This document shows positions 37,162-47,388 of a stretch of DNA of 64,000 nucleotides, in pieces (the first letter of the stretch is position 1; every line of letters starts with the position of its first letter). This stretch comes from Bacteroidales bacterium (GTDB lineage: Bacteria; Bacteroidota; Bacteroidia; Bacteroidales; UBA3824). The stretch lies in NCBI GenBank assembly GCA_017544805.1, contig JAFYDK010000094.1, positions 14,966-78,965 of the forward strand, in the 5' to 3' direction. The notes below the pieces were generated by a model. The model searched no databases, was not told the DNA's origin, and saw only the letters and a list, made by a program, of their open reading frames with translations. The translations under genes and the position numbers were made by a program.

Positions 37162-38253
37162 ATGGCAAAAAAAGAAACTGCCGCGCCTGTTGATGCTAAA
37201 GCAGAACGCCTTAAAGCATTGCAACTTGCGCTCGACAAAATAGATAAAGACTACGGAAAGGGAACGATTATGAAACTCGGCGACAAAGTAACCGAGGATA
37301 TTCCCTGCATTCCGACAGGCTCGTTAGGATTGGACTTTGCAATCGGTATCGGAGGCTATCCGAGAGGCCGTGTGATTGAAATTTTCGGTCCTGAATCTTC
37401 AGGTAAAACAACACTTGCAATCCATGCTATTGCAGAGGCTCAGAAACTCGGCGGAATTGCAGCAATAATCGACGCCGAACACGCTTTTGACCGCACTTAC
37501 GCTGAAAATCTCGGGGTTGATGTTTCACAACTTTTGATTTCACAACCCGACTGCGGTGAGCAAGCCTTGGAAATTGCCGACTCGTTAATCCGCTCCGGTG
37601 CACTTGACATTATCGTCATTGACTCCGTCGCAGCACTTACCCCAAGAGCAGAAATCGAAGGCGAAATGGGCGATTCTAAAATGGGTCTTCAAGCAAGATT
37701 GATGTCGCAAGCATTAAGAAAACTTACAGCAAACATCTCTAAAACAAATACTTGCGTAATTTTCATCAACCAGTTGAGGGACAAAATCGGTGTACTTTTC
37801 GGCAATCCCGAAACGACAACAGGCGGTAACGCTCTGAAATTCTATTCTTCTCTCAGACTTGATGTCCGCAGAATAGGTCAAATCAAAGACGGAGAGGACG
37901 TTATCGGCGGCAGAATCAAAGTGAAAGTTGTTAAAAACAAAGTTGCGCCTCCGTTCAAGAAAGCGGAATTCGATTTGATGTTCGGTACGGGTATTTCGTT
38001 TACGGGCGAACTCGTTGATACCGCTGTTGAAATGGGAATCGTTAAAAAGAGCGGTTCTTGGTTCAGCTACGGCGACAGCAAAATCGGTCAGGGACGTGAT
38101 GCTGTGCTTCAACTTCTCAAAGAAAATACTGAACTTTCAAAAGAAATTGAAGACAAAGTAAGGGCTCAAATGAAAGGAGATAATTTTTCGGCAGACCTCT
38201 CTGACGAAGAAAAAGTAGAAGACCCTGAACAAGAAATAGAACCTCAGGAATAA
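37162..38253 (+). CDS. recA: recombinase RecA
   Basis: [22 protein letters not shown], Walker [10 protein letters not shown], and [10 protein letters not shown] with the L1/L2 loop regions. Start moved to MAKKETAAP. Confidence 0.95.
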   Translation: MAKKETAAPVDAKAERLKALQLALDKIDKDYGKGTIMKLGDKVTEDIPCIPTGSLGLDFAIGIGGYPRGRVIEIFGPESSGKTTLAIHAIAEAQKLGGIAAIIDAEHAFDRTYAENLGVDVSQLLISQPDCGEQALEIADSLIRSGALDIIVIDSVAALTPRAEIEGEMGDSKMGLQARLMSQALRKLTANISKTNTCVIFINQLRDKIGVLFGNPETTTGGNALKFYSSLRLDVRRIGQIKDGEDVIGGRIKVKVVKNKVAPPFKKAEFDLMFGTGISFTGELVDTAVEMGIVKKSGSWFSYGDSKIGQGRDAVLQLLKENTELSKEIEDKVRAQMKGDNFSADLSDEEKVEDPEQEIEPQE

Positions 38254-38282
38254 TTTTTTTTCATAAAAACTTTTATAATACG

Positions 38283-38888
38283 ATGATAATCATAGGAATA
38301 GCAGGAGGAACAGGAAGCGGTAAAACAACGGTCGTAAAAAAAATCGCCGAGACATTACCACCTGACAATGTGGCAGTTATACCACTTGATTCTTATTATA
38401 ATTGTACTGACGATTTGACAGAGGAACAACGCCGGAACATTAACTTCGACCACCCTGACGCTTTCGACTGGGATTTGCTTTTTAAGCACATCTCCGAATT
38501 GAAAAACGGTCACGCAGTGGAGCAGCCAACTTATTCCTACGTTATTTCCAACCGTCTGAAAGAAACCGTTCACGTTGAACCAAAGCCGGTTATGATTGTT
38601 GAAGGTATTATGACCCTCATCAAAGACGAATTGAGAAACCTCATGGATTTGAAAATTTTCGTTGATACAGACTCTGACGAAAGATTAATCCGTATTATAA
38701 AACGTGATGTCATAGAACGCGGCAGAACAGCGGAAATGGTTATGGAACGATATGTTAATGTGTTAAAACCCATGCACTTAGAATTTATTGAGCCGACCAA
38801 ACGCTATGCCGACATCATCATTCCTCAAGGTGGCGACAACGAAAAAGGCATCTCAATTATCAAAAAATATATTTCACCCATCGTATAA
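38283..38888 (+). CDS. udk: uridine kinase
   Basis: P-loop GIAGGTGSGKTT, NFDHPDAFD and the RD..ERGR motif. Confidence 0.9.
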   Translation: MIIIGIAGGTGSGKTTVVKKIAETLPPDNVAVIPLDSYYNCTDDLTEEQRRNINFDHPDAFDWDLLFKHISELKNGHAVEQPTYSYVISNRLKETVHVEPKPVMIVEGIMTLIKDELRNLMDLKIFVDTDSDERLIRIIKRDVIERGRTAEMVMERYVNVLKPMHLEFIEPTKRYADIIIPQGGDNEKGISIIKKYISPIV

Positions 38889-38925
38889 TCTTGATTTTTT
38901 TACGATATTTTCTTTTCAAAAAAAA

Positions 38926-38955
38926 GGTTGTTGAATTTTTCAGCAACCTTTTTTT
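38926..38955 (+). terminator. rho-independent terminator after udk
   Basis: GGTTGTTGA-attttt-TCAGCAACC (9 bp including one G-U pair) followed by TTTTTTT. Confidence 0.7.
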
Positions 38956-39217
38956 GATTTTTTTTGCAATCGTTTGCGATATTTTTTTGAAACAAAACAA
39001 TTATTTTTTTTGCAATTTATTATAAAATAGCATTACATTTGCTAAAACATTAATAAAACAACAGACATATATTTAATTGTATATCAAACTATTATAATAC
39101 AATTATTGCTTAGACAAGTTTAAAAAATCGGATAAAAGTTAAAAAAAGTTTAAAATAATGTTGCATATATTAAATATACTTTTTACCTTTATTCCGACAA
39201 AAAAACATAAGATTTCG

Positions 39218-39225
39218 TACTTTTG
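39218..39225 (+). promoter_or_regulatory. candidate -7 box TACTTTTG upstream of the galactan-PUL susC
   Basis: TAnnTTTG match 66 nt upstream of ATG 39291. There is no exact -33 element. Confidence 0.3.
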
Positions 39226-39290
39226 AAAATGTAAATAACTAATATACAATACAATAATTAATATTATCAATAACAATTAAACGTAAAAAG

Positions 39291-42248
39291 ATGAACTGTA
39301 AAACATTAAATTTGCGTTATATTATAGCGAGATTAATGCTATGTATGACATTTATGGTGCTTTCATGTTCTGCATTTTCCCAGAAAATAGTTTCGGGAAA
39401 TGTAACAGACGAAAGTAATCAGCCATTGATAGGCGTTACCGTTGTCTTACAGGGAACTACTATTGGTACGATTACCGACATCGACGGTAATTATACCTTG
39501 AGTATCCCTAACGGAAACGAAGACACACCTATAATCTTCTCATTTCTCGGTTACGAAAGCGTAACGACAAACATTCCTTCTGCGGGCAAATTGAACGTTC
39601 AAATGCGCCCCGCCGTTACCGAGCTCAACGAAGTTGTGGCAATTGGTTACGGTACTAAACGTAAAGGCGACCTCACCGGTTCTATTGCTTCTGTGAGCGA
39701 AAAAGACTTCAACGGCGGCGTTGTTTCTTCTCCGGAACAACTCATCAACGGTAAAGTTGCCGGTGTTCAGATTACAAACGGCGGCGGTTCGCCTTCAGGC
39801 GGTAGCACAATCCGTGTCCGCGGCGGTGCATCTCTTAACGCATCAAACGACCCGCTTATCGTCCTTGACGGTGTGCCTTTGGAAACAGGCGGCATTTCCG
39901 GCTCAAGCAACTTTCTCTCTCTTATCAACCCCGCCGATATTGAATCAATGTCGGTTTTGAAAGATGCCTCTTCTACTGCTATTTACGGTTCAAGAGCATC
40001 AAACGGCGTTATCATTATCACTACTAAAAAAGGTGCTAACGACAAAGTAAAAATCAATTTCAACACCACAAACTCGGTGTCTTTCGTTACTAAACTTCCC
40101 GATATGCTTGATGCAGACCAATTAAGAGCAGTAGTGGAAGACCCGATTACGATTGCAGAAAAGAAAGATCTTTCTCAATATTTAGGCGATGCCAACACTA
40201 ATTGGACTGATGAAATATTCCGTGCAGCATGGGCTACTGACAACAACCTCAGCGTATCAGGTAATATTGCGAAAGTTCTTCCCGTTCGTGTCAGTGTAGG
40301 TTATCTTGCTCAAGACGGTATTCTCCTAAATGACAACACAAAACGCTATTCCGGCAATATCAATCTTAATCCGACATTCTTTCATGATGCTCTTAAAGTT
40401 AATTTAAGCGTAAAGGCATCAATGAATAAAAATAAATTTGCACCTCAAGGAGCAATATACAGTGCAATTACATTCAACCCCACTCAACCGATTTATTCAG
40501 GAAACGATGATGTTTTTCTCGGATATAACGAAGTGTATACTGTTGATGCAAAAGACGGTTCTATTAAACCTGTAACATCGGCAGCAACGAACCCTGTTGG
40601 ATTGCTTAATTATAAAAAAGACGAATCAACGGTAAGCCGTTTGATTACAAACCTTGATTTGGACTATACATTCCCGTTTTTGAAAGACCTCAAAGCTCAT
40701 GTTACCGGCGGTCTTGATTTCGGCAAAGGCGAAGGCTCAATTTATGTACCGGCAGAGGCATACGACGAATATACTTCAAACGGTTCTGACTATGATTACG
40801 GTCCGGCTAAAAATTCCAACAAACTTTTCACGAGCTATCTCAACTATACAAAGAAGTTTGATGCCGTTAATTTTGATGTTACTGCTGGTTATGATTATCA
40901 GTATTGGAACACTAACACTCCTGAATACTATACTTACAATGCACTCGGCGTACAAAACGGAACCTCTGCGGCTACCGATCAAACTCACGTCCTTCTCTCC
41001 TACTACGGCAGGGTAAACGCCACTTTCTTAGGCAAATATATGCTGACCGCTACAATGCGTCGCGACGGAACATCAAGATTTTCTAAAGACGAGCGTTGGG
41101 GTACATTCCCGTCAGTGGCAGTTGCGTGGAGACTTTCTGATGAATCATTCATGGAAGGATTGCAAGATGTTGTCAATAATCTCAAACTCCGTGTAAGTTA
41201 TGGCGTAACAGGTCAGCAGGACGGTATCGGCAATTATGGCTACTTGCCCAATTACTCAAAAAGTACAAGTTTATATTATTACCTTTGGAACGGTAATCTT
41301 ATTTCTACTTATAATCCCTCTGCATACGTACCGACGCTTAAATGGGAAACTACAAAGTCTTGGAACTTCGGTATTGATTACGGATTCCTTAAAGACAAAG
41401 TTAATGGTAGCATCGAGTTCTACACAAGAAAAACAGAAGCCTTAATAAGCACGGTTCCTGTTGCAGCCGGCGGCAATTTCAACTCCCAAATCACTACAAA
41501 TGTAGGAAATGTAGACAGCAAGGGCGTGGAACTCACAGCTAATTACGATGTACTCAATACCAAAGATTGGGGTCTGAATATGAGTTTCAACGCTACATGG
41601 GAAAAATATGAAATTACAAACCTTTCAATCAACAATTCTGACGAAAAGGTTAATAATCCGATTAGATACGTAGAAAAGAACTCTATTCAATACTTCACAG
41701 AAGGACAAACTCCTTACGCATTTTATTTATATCATCAGTTGTATGATGCAGAGGGCAATCCCGTGGAAGGTGCTTATTCAAAAGAAAAATATTATCAACA
41801 CTCACCTACACCTGATTGGATTTTTGCATATTCACTTTCACTCCGTTATAAAAAATGGACTCTTAGCACAGCATTGCGTGCCAACATAGGAAATTACGTT
41901 TACAATGCAACTGCTGCAAAAATGGGTGCACTTGAAACAATCGCTTGGGGCGATGGTCAAATCAACACTCTTTCCTCTACTTATTTGGATACCAAATTCA
42001 AAAAACGTCAATACGATTCTGATTATTATTTGCACAACGCTTCGTTCCTCAAAATGGATAACGTAAGTCTTGGTTACAATTTTGGCTCGATTACGAAATG
42101 GATGGCTCTTAATGCTACATTTATGGTTCAGAACGTATTTACGGCAACTAAATACGAAGGCGTGGATCCTGAAATCTATACCGGTATAGAAGATTATTTC
42201 TATCCGAGACCGAGAACATTCTCGCTAAGTTTAGCATTTCAGTTCTAA
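39291..42248 (+). CDS. SusC/RagA-family TonB-dependent outer-membrane transporter
   Basis: 985 aa with a signal peptide, a CarboxypepD_reg domain (VSGNVTDESNQPLIGVTVVLQGTTIGTITDIDGNYTL), a plug (NEVVAIGYGTKRKGDLTGS) and a barrel ending ..SLAFQF. There is no STN (anti-sigma coupling) domain. Confidence 0.9.
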   Translation: MNCKTLNLRYIIARLMLCMTFMVLSCSAFSQKIVSGNVTDESNQPLIGVTVVLQGTTIGTITDIDGNYTLSIPNGNEDTPIIFSFLGYESVTTNIPSAGKLNVQMRPAVTELNEVVAIGYGTKRKGDLTGSIASVSEKDFNGGVVSSPEQLINGKVAGVQITNGGGSPSGGSTIRVRGGASLNASNDPLIVLDGVPLETGGISGSSNFLSLINPADIESMSVLKDASSTAIYGSRASNGVIIITTKKGANDKVKINFNTTNSVSFVTKLPDMLDADQLRAVVEDPITIAEKKDLSQYLGDANTNWTDEIFRAAWATDNNLSVSGNIAKVLPVRVSVGYLAQDGILLNDNTKRYSGNINLNPTFFHDALKVNLSVKASMNKNKFAPQGAIYSAITFNPTQPIYSGNDDVFLGYNEVYTVDAKDGSIKPVTSAATNPVGLLNYKKDESTVSRLITNLDLDYTFPFLKDLKAHVTGGLDFGKGEGSIYVPAEAYDEYTSNGSDYDYGPAKNSNKLFTSYLNYTKKFDAVNFDVTAGYDYQYWNTNTPEYYTYNALGVQNGTSAATDQTHVLLSYYGRVNATFLGKYMLTATMRRDGTSRFSKDERWGTFPSVAVAWRLSDESFMEGLQDVVNNLKLRVSYGVTGQQDGIGNYGYLPNYSKSTSLYYYLWNGNLISTYNPSAYVPTLKWETTKSWNFGIDYGFLKDKVNGSIEFYTRKTEALISTVPVAAGGNFNSQITTNVGNVDSKGVELTANYDVLNTKDWGLNMSFNATWEKYEITNLSINNSDEKVNNPIRYVEKNSIQYFTEGQTPYAFYLYHQLYDAEGNPVEGAYSKEKYYQHSPTPDWIFAYSLSLRYKKWTLSTALRANIGNYVYNATAAKMGALETIAWGDGQINTLSSTYLDTKFKKRQYDSDYYLHNASFLKMDNVSLGYNFGSITKWMALNATFMVQNVFTATKYEGVDPEIYTGIEDYFYPRPRTFSLSLAFQF

Positions 42249-42281
42249 CAAATTTAATAACAAAAAAAATACTAAGTAAAG

Positions 42282-43817
42282 ATGAAAAAAATTCCAACAT
42301 ATATTGCAGCCATGGGCTTGTCCCTTACTTTGGGGGCTTGTGATGACCTTGACCAAAATCCGATAATTGAATCTTCTGCCGACGAAGTATATTCAACATT
42401 GGAAGGTACACAAAGCGTGTTAGCACAATGCTATATGTCGTTTGTTGTAAACGGTAACGGTGTTACAGATATTAACGTAGGCGGCGAGCCGTTACTCCGC
42501 TCATTGTTCAACTTACAAGAAGGCACAACTGATGCTGTTGCTTACACTTGGCTTTCTGGCGATAAACTTGACTTCCTTACATACAATAATTGGAACGCTG
42601 ACGACCAATGGGTAAAGTATGTTTGGTACAGATGCTATGTCATAGTAACCTCTTGCAATGATTTCATAAGAAAAACTTCAGATTCGTCAGACCCTGAAAT
42701 CCAAAATATGGTTTATGAGGCTCGTTTCTTGCGTTCGCTCTCTCTCTCATACATCCTTGACTTATTCGGCAAAGGCGTATTACCTACAGAAGAATTGGAA
42801 CTCGGACAAAACAATCCCGTAGTGCCTGAAAAATCAGGAAAGGATATTTACAATTTTATCACAAGCGAATTGGAAGAAATAGCACCCAAGATGTCTTCAA
42901 CAGTGGCATATCCCCGCGCTACCAAAGGTGCAGCATACGCTTTGTTATCAAGAATTTATCTTAATTCTAAAGTATATGCGGGCGTAGAGGACTACGACAA
43001 ATGTATTAAGGCAGCTGATAATTGCGAGGCTGAAGGCTATGCTCTTGCAAGCAAAGACGATTATTGGAAACTTTTCAACGCTGACAATCACAAACGCGCA
43101 GGAAAAGGCAATGAAATCATATTCGCTTTTTTTGTTGATGCAGACCATTGCAGAACATGGGGCGCTACAACCAACATCATCAGCGGTTTTGCTCCTAACA
43201 CAGGCGACTTGAACGAAGTACTCGGAATTGACGAAGGTTGGTCTTCTATGAGGGCAAACCAAGCCTTTACAGACCTTTTTTCTGAAAATGACGACATCCG
43301 CTCTACATTTTGGTGGAACGGTGATGGTAAATGGGAGAAAAAGGTTACCGTTGAAGATGACAAAAAACAAGGATGGATAACCACTAAATTCACCAATAAA
43401 CATGATGACGGGTCTGCGGCTCATTGCGAAACTAACAACACCGCATACTCAGACCTTCCGATTCTTCGTCTGGCAGAGGTAAAACTCAACAAAGCAGAAG
43501 CTCTTTACCGTCAGGGCAAGACATCTGAGGCAAAAGTAATTTTTGATGAAATAAGAGACCGCGTAGGAGCCACCACGTCTTACACTCTTGACGATGATTT
43601 TATACTCGCAGAGCGTGGACGTGAAATGGCATACGAATCACTTCGCAGAACAGACCTTATCAGGTTCAACAAGTATGGCGGCAATGTCGATTACAACTGG
43701 GAATTTAAAGGCGGGGAAGCCGAAGGCAAGAACTTTGAAGCCTACCGCAATGTGTTCCCTATTCCTAACGACGAACTTGCAGCTAACTCAAACCTGAAAC
43801 AAAATGAGGGTTATTAA
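42282..43817 (+). CDS. SusD/RagB-family lipoprotein
   Basis: Lipoprotein signal ..LTLGAC followed by acidic DDLDQ, a TPR-like helical core, and the typical C-terminus RNVFPIPNDELAANSNLKQNEGY. Confidence 0.9.
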   Translation: MKKIPTYIAAMGLSLTLGACDDLDQNPIIESSADEVYSTLEGTQSVLAQCYMSFVVNGNGVTDINVGGEPLLRSLFNLQEGTTDAVAYTWLSGDKLDFLTYNNWNADDQWVKYVWYRCYVIVTSCNDFIRKTSDSSDPEIQNMVYEARFLRSLSLSYILDLFGKGVLPTEELELGQNNPVVPEKSGKDIYNFITSELEEIAPKMSSTVAYPRATKGAAYALLSRIYLNSKVYAGVEDYDKCIKAADNCEAEGYALASKDDYWKLFNADNHKRAGKGNEIIFAFFVDADHCRTWGATTNIISGFAPNTGDLNEVLGIDEGWSSMRANQAFTDLFSENDDIRSTFWWNGDGKWEKKVTVEDDKKQGWITTKFTNKHDDGSAAHCETNNTAYSDLPILRLAEVKLNKAEALYRQGKTSEAKVIFDEIRDRVGATTSYTLDDDFILAERGREMAYESLRRTDLIRFNKYGGNVDYNWEFKGGEAEGKNFEAYRNVFPIPNDELAANSNLKQNEGY

Positions 43818-43844
43818 CTAATAAAACACTAAAATTGTCATAAA

Positions 43845-45890
43845 ATGAAAAAAATAAATATACATAAAGTACTGGTATCAATGTTGTTTTGCATGGGGCT
43901 AACATTGGTATCTTGTGACGACGATAAGGATATTTTCCAAATATCCGAAAATTTAGCACCTACAACAATAACACCTTCAACAAGTACGATCACGATTACT
44001 GAAGATGACCTACGCAACCCTATGCTTAGTTTGTCATACGAATCAGTTGGTCCTCTTGTGGTCAACGGTGAAGAAACAAATGCCGGTGTTTACATCTTGC
44101 AGTCATCATTGGACAAAAATTTTCCCAACGAAAAAACTTCAAACACCGTTATGCCAGACACCAAAGGTGCCAACACGCATACTCTTACAGGTATGCAATT
44201 GAACATTCTCGCCTTGAATGGTGGCATTGAGGGCGGAGAAACTGGTACAATGTATTTTAGAATTGTACATGCCATCAGTAGTACCAATTTCCTAAATGCA
44301 GCTTATTCTGACCCGATTACAGTAACTATTACCACATACAAAATAAAATTTGTTTGGTTTATGCTCGCAGGCGCAGAAAAAACAGTAGACAATGCAGTAG
44401 ACTCTCTTTATTCCGCTAATGAAGACGGAGTTTACACCGGTTTTATCAGTGCCAACGCTTGGCTTAATTGGACAGGTTGGGATATGTTTGAAAACGCTTG
44501 GGGTACTTGCAAAGACGAAAATTGGCAATTCTGTAAGATAATATCACGAAAAACGGCTTCTACCGAGTCTGAAGACACACAACTTCACCAATGGATGACC
44601 GCTAACGAAGGCTGTTGCTTTGTTACCGTCGATACAAAAGCCGGTGAAGTAGAATATAAGTATGTTAAAGATTTGAGTTTTTCAGGTGATGTTGAGGGAA
44701 CATTTTTATTTGATGATAAAAAATGTCAATATACTACAGTTATTACAACTACCGCAGATAACCGAAACATCAATATATCAGGCAATACGCTTACATATAA
44801 TTCTCAAACAGGTCAAGAATCTGCAGCAGAAAAAAAAGATGAAAAAGGTATCCCCGGCACAATTTCGCTAACAGGCGCAAACAGCATAATTACAATAGGC
44901 GAAGGTGAAATCAATATACCAAAAGCCGGTAGTTACAAATTAGTCATTGACCTTGATAATTCGTCCAAATATACTTATAAACTTGAGGATTTGTCGAATG
45001 CTGTAATTTATCCGGAAAAAGTAACGGCAGTAGTAGGCGAAACAGAAGTTGAACTAAAACCTGAAATAGAATTCGGACTTACATCTGGCGTTTATACAGG
45101 AAAAATTGTTGCAACATCCAAAACCGCATCATTTGTATATAGTGACGGAAAGGATTACGAAATTTCAATTGTTGATGCAGATGGCAATGACTTGAGCGAA
45201 TTAAAGTTGAATGCAAGTTATAATATTAAAGTTGATATAAAGGATAAAAAAGCGATATTTGAAATTAGACCGACAAGTCTTTCAACTTATGAAGGAGAAG
45301 GTACTTACGATGTCTTATTAGCCGTTTACAATGACAACGGAGACGGTATCTTTAATGGTTTGTATTGTCGTGCAAATGCAACTGACTTTAATTTTTCTGT
45401 CAAAGATGAAAACGGTGTTGTTTATGGTACAAATCAAAATTGGAGTCAGTATACAATCACGCATAAAAACCCGACTAACCATTTGTGGGTGGATCTTGAT
45501 CCTGATAATGACCCCAATATAGTTTTGCATCCAATGTATATTTCTTTTGATTTGAATGAAGAAACATGGACGGCAACCGAAGTTACTAATATGCAAATTA
45601 CAGGACAGTTTAATAGTTGGAAAATTGAAGAAAATAATGAAAAAACAGTAGAGTTTGTTAAAAATAACGAAAATCCATATATTTGGACAGCAACAATTAC
45701 GACAGCAGAGGAACAGTACAATCCTCAAATTGTATTTAACCACTCGTGGGATAATAAGTTGTATAGTGGAGCTAATGGAATCTTGACACCAAAAGAATGT
45801 AAAGATTCTTATCCCTCAAAAGAAGGTGCAACATACACTGTAACAGTTAATTTTATTAATAATACAGTTAAATACACGGAAGCCAAATAA
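43845..45890 (+). CDS. SusE/SusF-like surface glycan-binding lipoprotein
   Basis: Lipoprotein signal ..TLVSC followed by DDDKD. Its position is directly after susD. It consists of serial Ig-like/CBM-like beta modules (for example ITGQFNSWKIEENN...WTATIT). Confidence 0.65.
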   Translation: MKKINIHKVLVSMLFCMGLTLVSCDDDKDIFQISENLAPTTITPSTSTITITEDDLRNPMLSLSYESVGPLVVNGEETNAGVYILQSSLDKNFPNEKTSNTVMPDTKGANTHTLTGMQLNILALNGGIEGGETGTMYFRIVHAISSTNFLNAAYSDPITVTITTYKIKFVWFMLAGAEKTVDNAVDSLYSANEDGVYTGFISANAWLNWTGWDMFENAWGTCKDENWQFCKIISRKTASTESEDTQLHQWMTANEGCCFVTVDTKAGEVEYKYVKDLSFSGDVEGTFLFDDKKCQYTTVITTTADNRNINISGNTLTYNSQTGQESAAEKKDEKGIPGTISLTGANSIITIGEGEINIPKAGSYKLVIDLDNSSKYTYKLEDLSNAVIYPEKVTAVVGETEVELKPEIEFGLTSGVYTGKIVATSKTASFVYSDGKDYEISIVDADGNDLSELKLNASYNIKVDIKDKKAIFEIRPTSLSTYEGEGTYDVLLAVYNDNGDGIFNGLYCRANATDFNFSVKDENGVVYGTNQNWSQYTITHKNPTNHLWVDLDPDNDPNIVLHPMYISFDLNEETWTATEVTNMQITGQFNSWKIEENNEKTVEFVKNNENPYIWTATITTAEEQYNPQIVFNHSWDNKLYSGANGILTPKECKDSYPSKEGATYTVTVNFINNTVKYTEAK

Positions 45891-45980
45891 TCGTTTCCTA
45901 AGTAACTATCATAAAAAAATCCGCCGCTTGAGAAAAAAAACAAACGGCGGATTTTAAATATCAAAAAACACTAAAATAAA

Positions 45981-47174
45981 ATGAAAAGATTAAATTACAT
46001 ACTGATAGCGGCAGTATTATCATGGACTGCTATAAACTCGTCATGCAAAGACGACGATGATAAAAACAACAAAAAAGGCCCGGAAATTATTCATTTAGAA
46101 GATAATGAAAAAACAGATAATACACAAGTTCTTAATTTTCCTGATATTGAACCCGCAAAAGAAGTAACACACACTGATTTAACATTTGCATACGGTGCAG
46201 ACCCCGGCTGGGTTACGGCAATGGAAGAACAAGACAAAAAGTTTTATAACACCTCAGGGACTCAAGAAGATTGCCTTGAAATTCTTAAAAACATAGGTGT
46301 AAACGCCGCCCGTTTTCGCATTTGGGTAAACCCGTCTGAGGAAAAAGGTATTTGGGGTTTTTGCAATATAGAAGACGTCCTAAAAAAAGCAATCCGTGCT
46401 CAAAATTCAGGAATGAAAATAATGATAGATTTTCATTATTCCGACACATGGTGCGATCCCTCAAATCAAAAAAAACCTGCCGCTTGGGATAATGCACCCT
46501 CAGTATCGGCACTTGCAGACTCTGCCGCTACTTTCACTAAAAAAGTGTTAGAAGTCCTAAAAAGCAAAAACGTTGATGTCAATTGGGTTCAAATAGGCAA
46601 CGAAACACGCTCAGGAATGATGTTAACCTCATCAAAAGGCGAAAACACTAACGTAAACGGCGAAATGGGAAACAATTACAAAACAATTCACAACAAATGT
46701 GCTGCTACCGCCCGCGAAATATATCCCAATACTAAAATCATAACCCATTTTCAAGACGGTCAAAAAGCCCTTTATTCATCTTTTACAAATATTGCAAAAG
46801 ACTTGGATTTTGACATTCTCGGTTTTTCACTTTACCCCGAATATACAAAACAAGGTGATTGGTGGGTGGCTGACGAAAACGGTATTTCCGAAGCTCAATA
46901 TACTAAATGCGCTGACGTAATGAACTCTTTCGCATCATCATTCAACAAAGAAACTATGATTTGCGAAATAGGAACAACAAACATTTCTCAAACGACAGCC
47001 GGCAACACCGTTGTTACAGCATTCAAATATATTAAAAACAACGTTGCCTCATGCAAAGGCATTTTCTATTGGGAACCAGAATGTTATAATAAATTCAACG
47101 ACTACGGAATGGGCGGTTTTTCATCTAACGGACAACCCTCTGAGGCTTTAATAGAAATGTACAAACAACAATAG
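45981..47174 (+). CDS. GH53 arabinogalactan endo-beta-1,4-galactanase, predicted surface lipoprotein
   Basis: Lipoprotein signal ..INSSC followed by KDDDDK. GH53 motifs: GADPGWV, ARFRIWVNP, DFHYSDTWCDPSNQKKPAAW, VQIGNE (acid/base) and MICEIGT (nucleophile). Confidence 0.85.
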   Translation: MKRLNYILIAAVLSWTAINSSCKDDDDKNNKKGPEIIHLEDNEKTDNTQVLNFPDIEPAKEVTHTDLTFAYGADPGWVTAMEEQDKKFYNTSGTQEDCLEILKNIGVNAARFRIWVNPSEEKGIWGFCNIEDVLKKAIRAQNSGMKIMIDFHYSDTWCDPSNQKKPAAWDNAPSVSALADSAATFTKKVLEVLKSKNVDVNWVQIGNETRSGMMLTSSKGENTNVNGEMGNNYKTIHNKCAATAREIYPNTKIITHFQDGQKALYSSFTNIAKDLDFDILGFSLYPEYTKQGDWWVADENGISEAQYTKCADVMNSFASSFNKETMICEIGTTNISQTTAGNTVVTAFKYIKNNVASCKGIFYWEPECYNKFNDYGMGGFSSNGQPSEALIEMYKQQ

Positions 47175-47194
47175 CTAAAGAAAAAAGTTTTACA

Positions 47195-47219
47195 ACAAGA
47201 AAATTTTCTTGTTTTTTTT
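47195..47219 (+). terminator. rho-independent terminator after the GH53 gene
   Basis: Perfect 18-nt palindrome ACAAGAAAATTTTCTTGT running into TTTTTTTT. Confidence 0.65.
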
Positions 47220-47220
47220 A

Positions 47221-47272
47221 AAATACTCAGCTGTAACTACCTAAAAAAACATAGTTAGAGCTGAGTATTTTT
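47221..47272 (+). terminator. second, long hairpin (19-bp stem, 1 mismatch) with a U-tail
   Basis: AAATACTCAGCTGTAACTA - 12-nt loop - TAGTTAGAGCTGAGTATTT followed by TT. It lies between the galactan PUL and iorA. Confidence 0.5.
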
Positions 47273-47388
47273 GTTATGCGTAAGAAAAAAAGAGACCCAC
47301 AATAAAAAAATAAAACCTTATTTTTCCCCTTTTTCAGAAAAAATTTTGTAACTTTACCCCCGATTTTAAAAAAAAAATTTCTTTTCTG

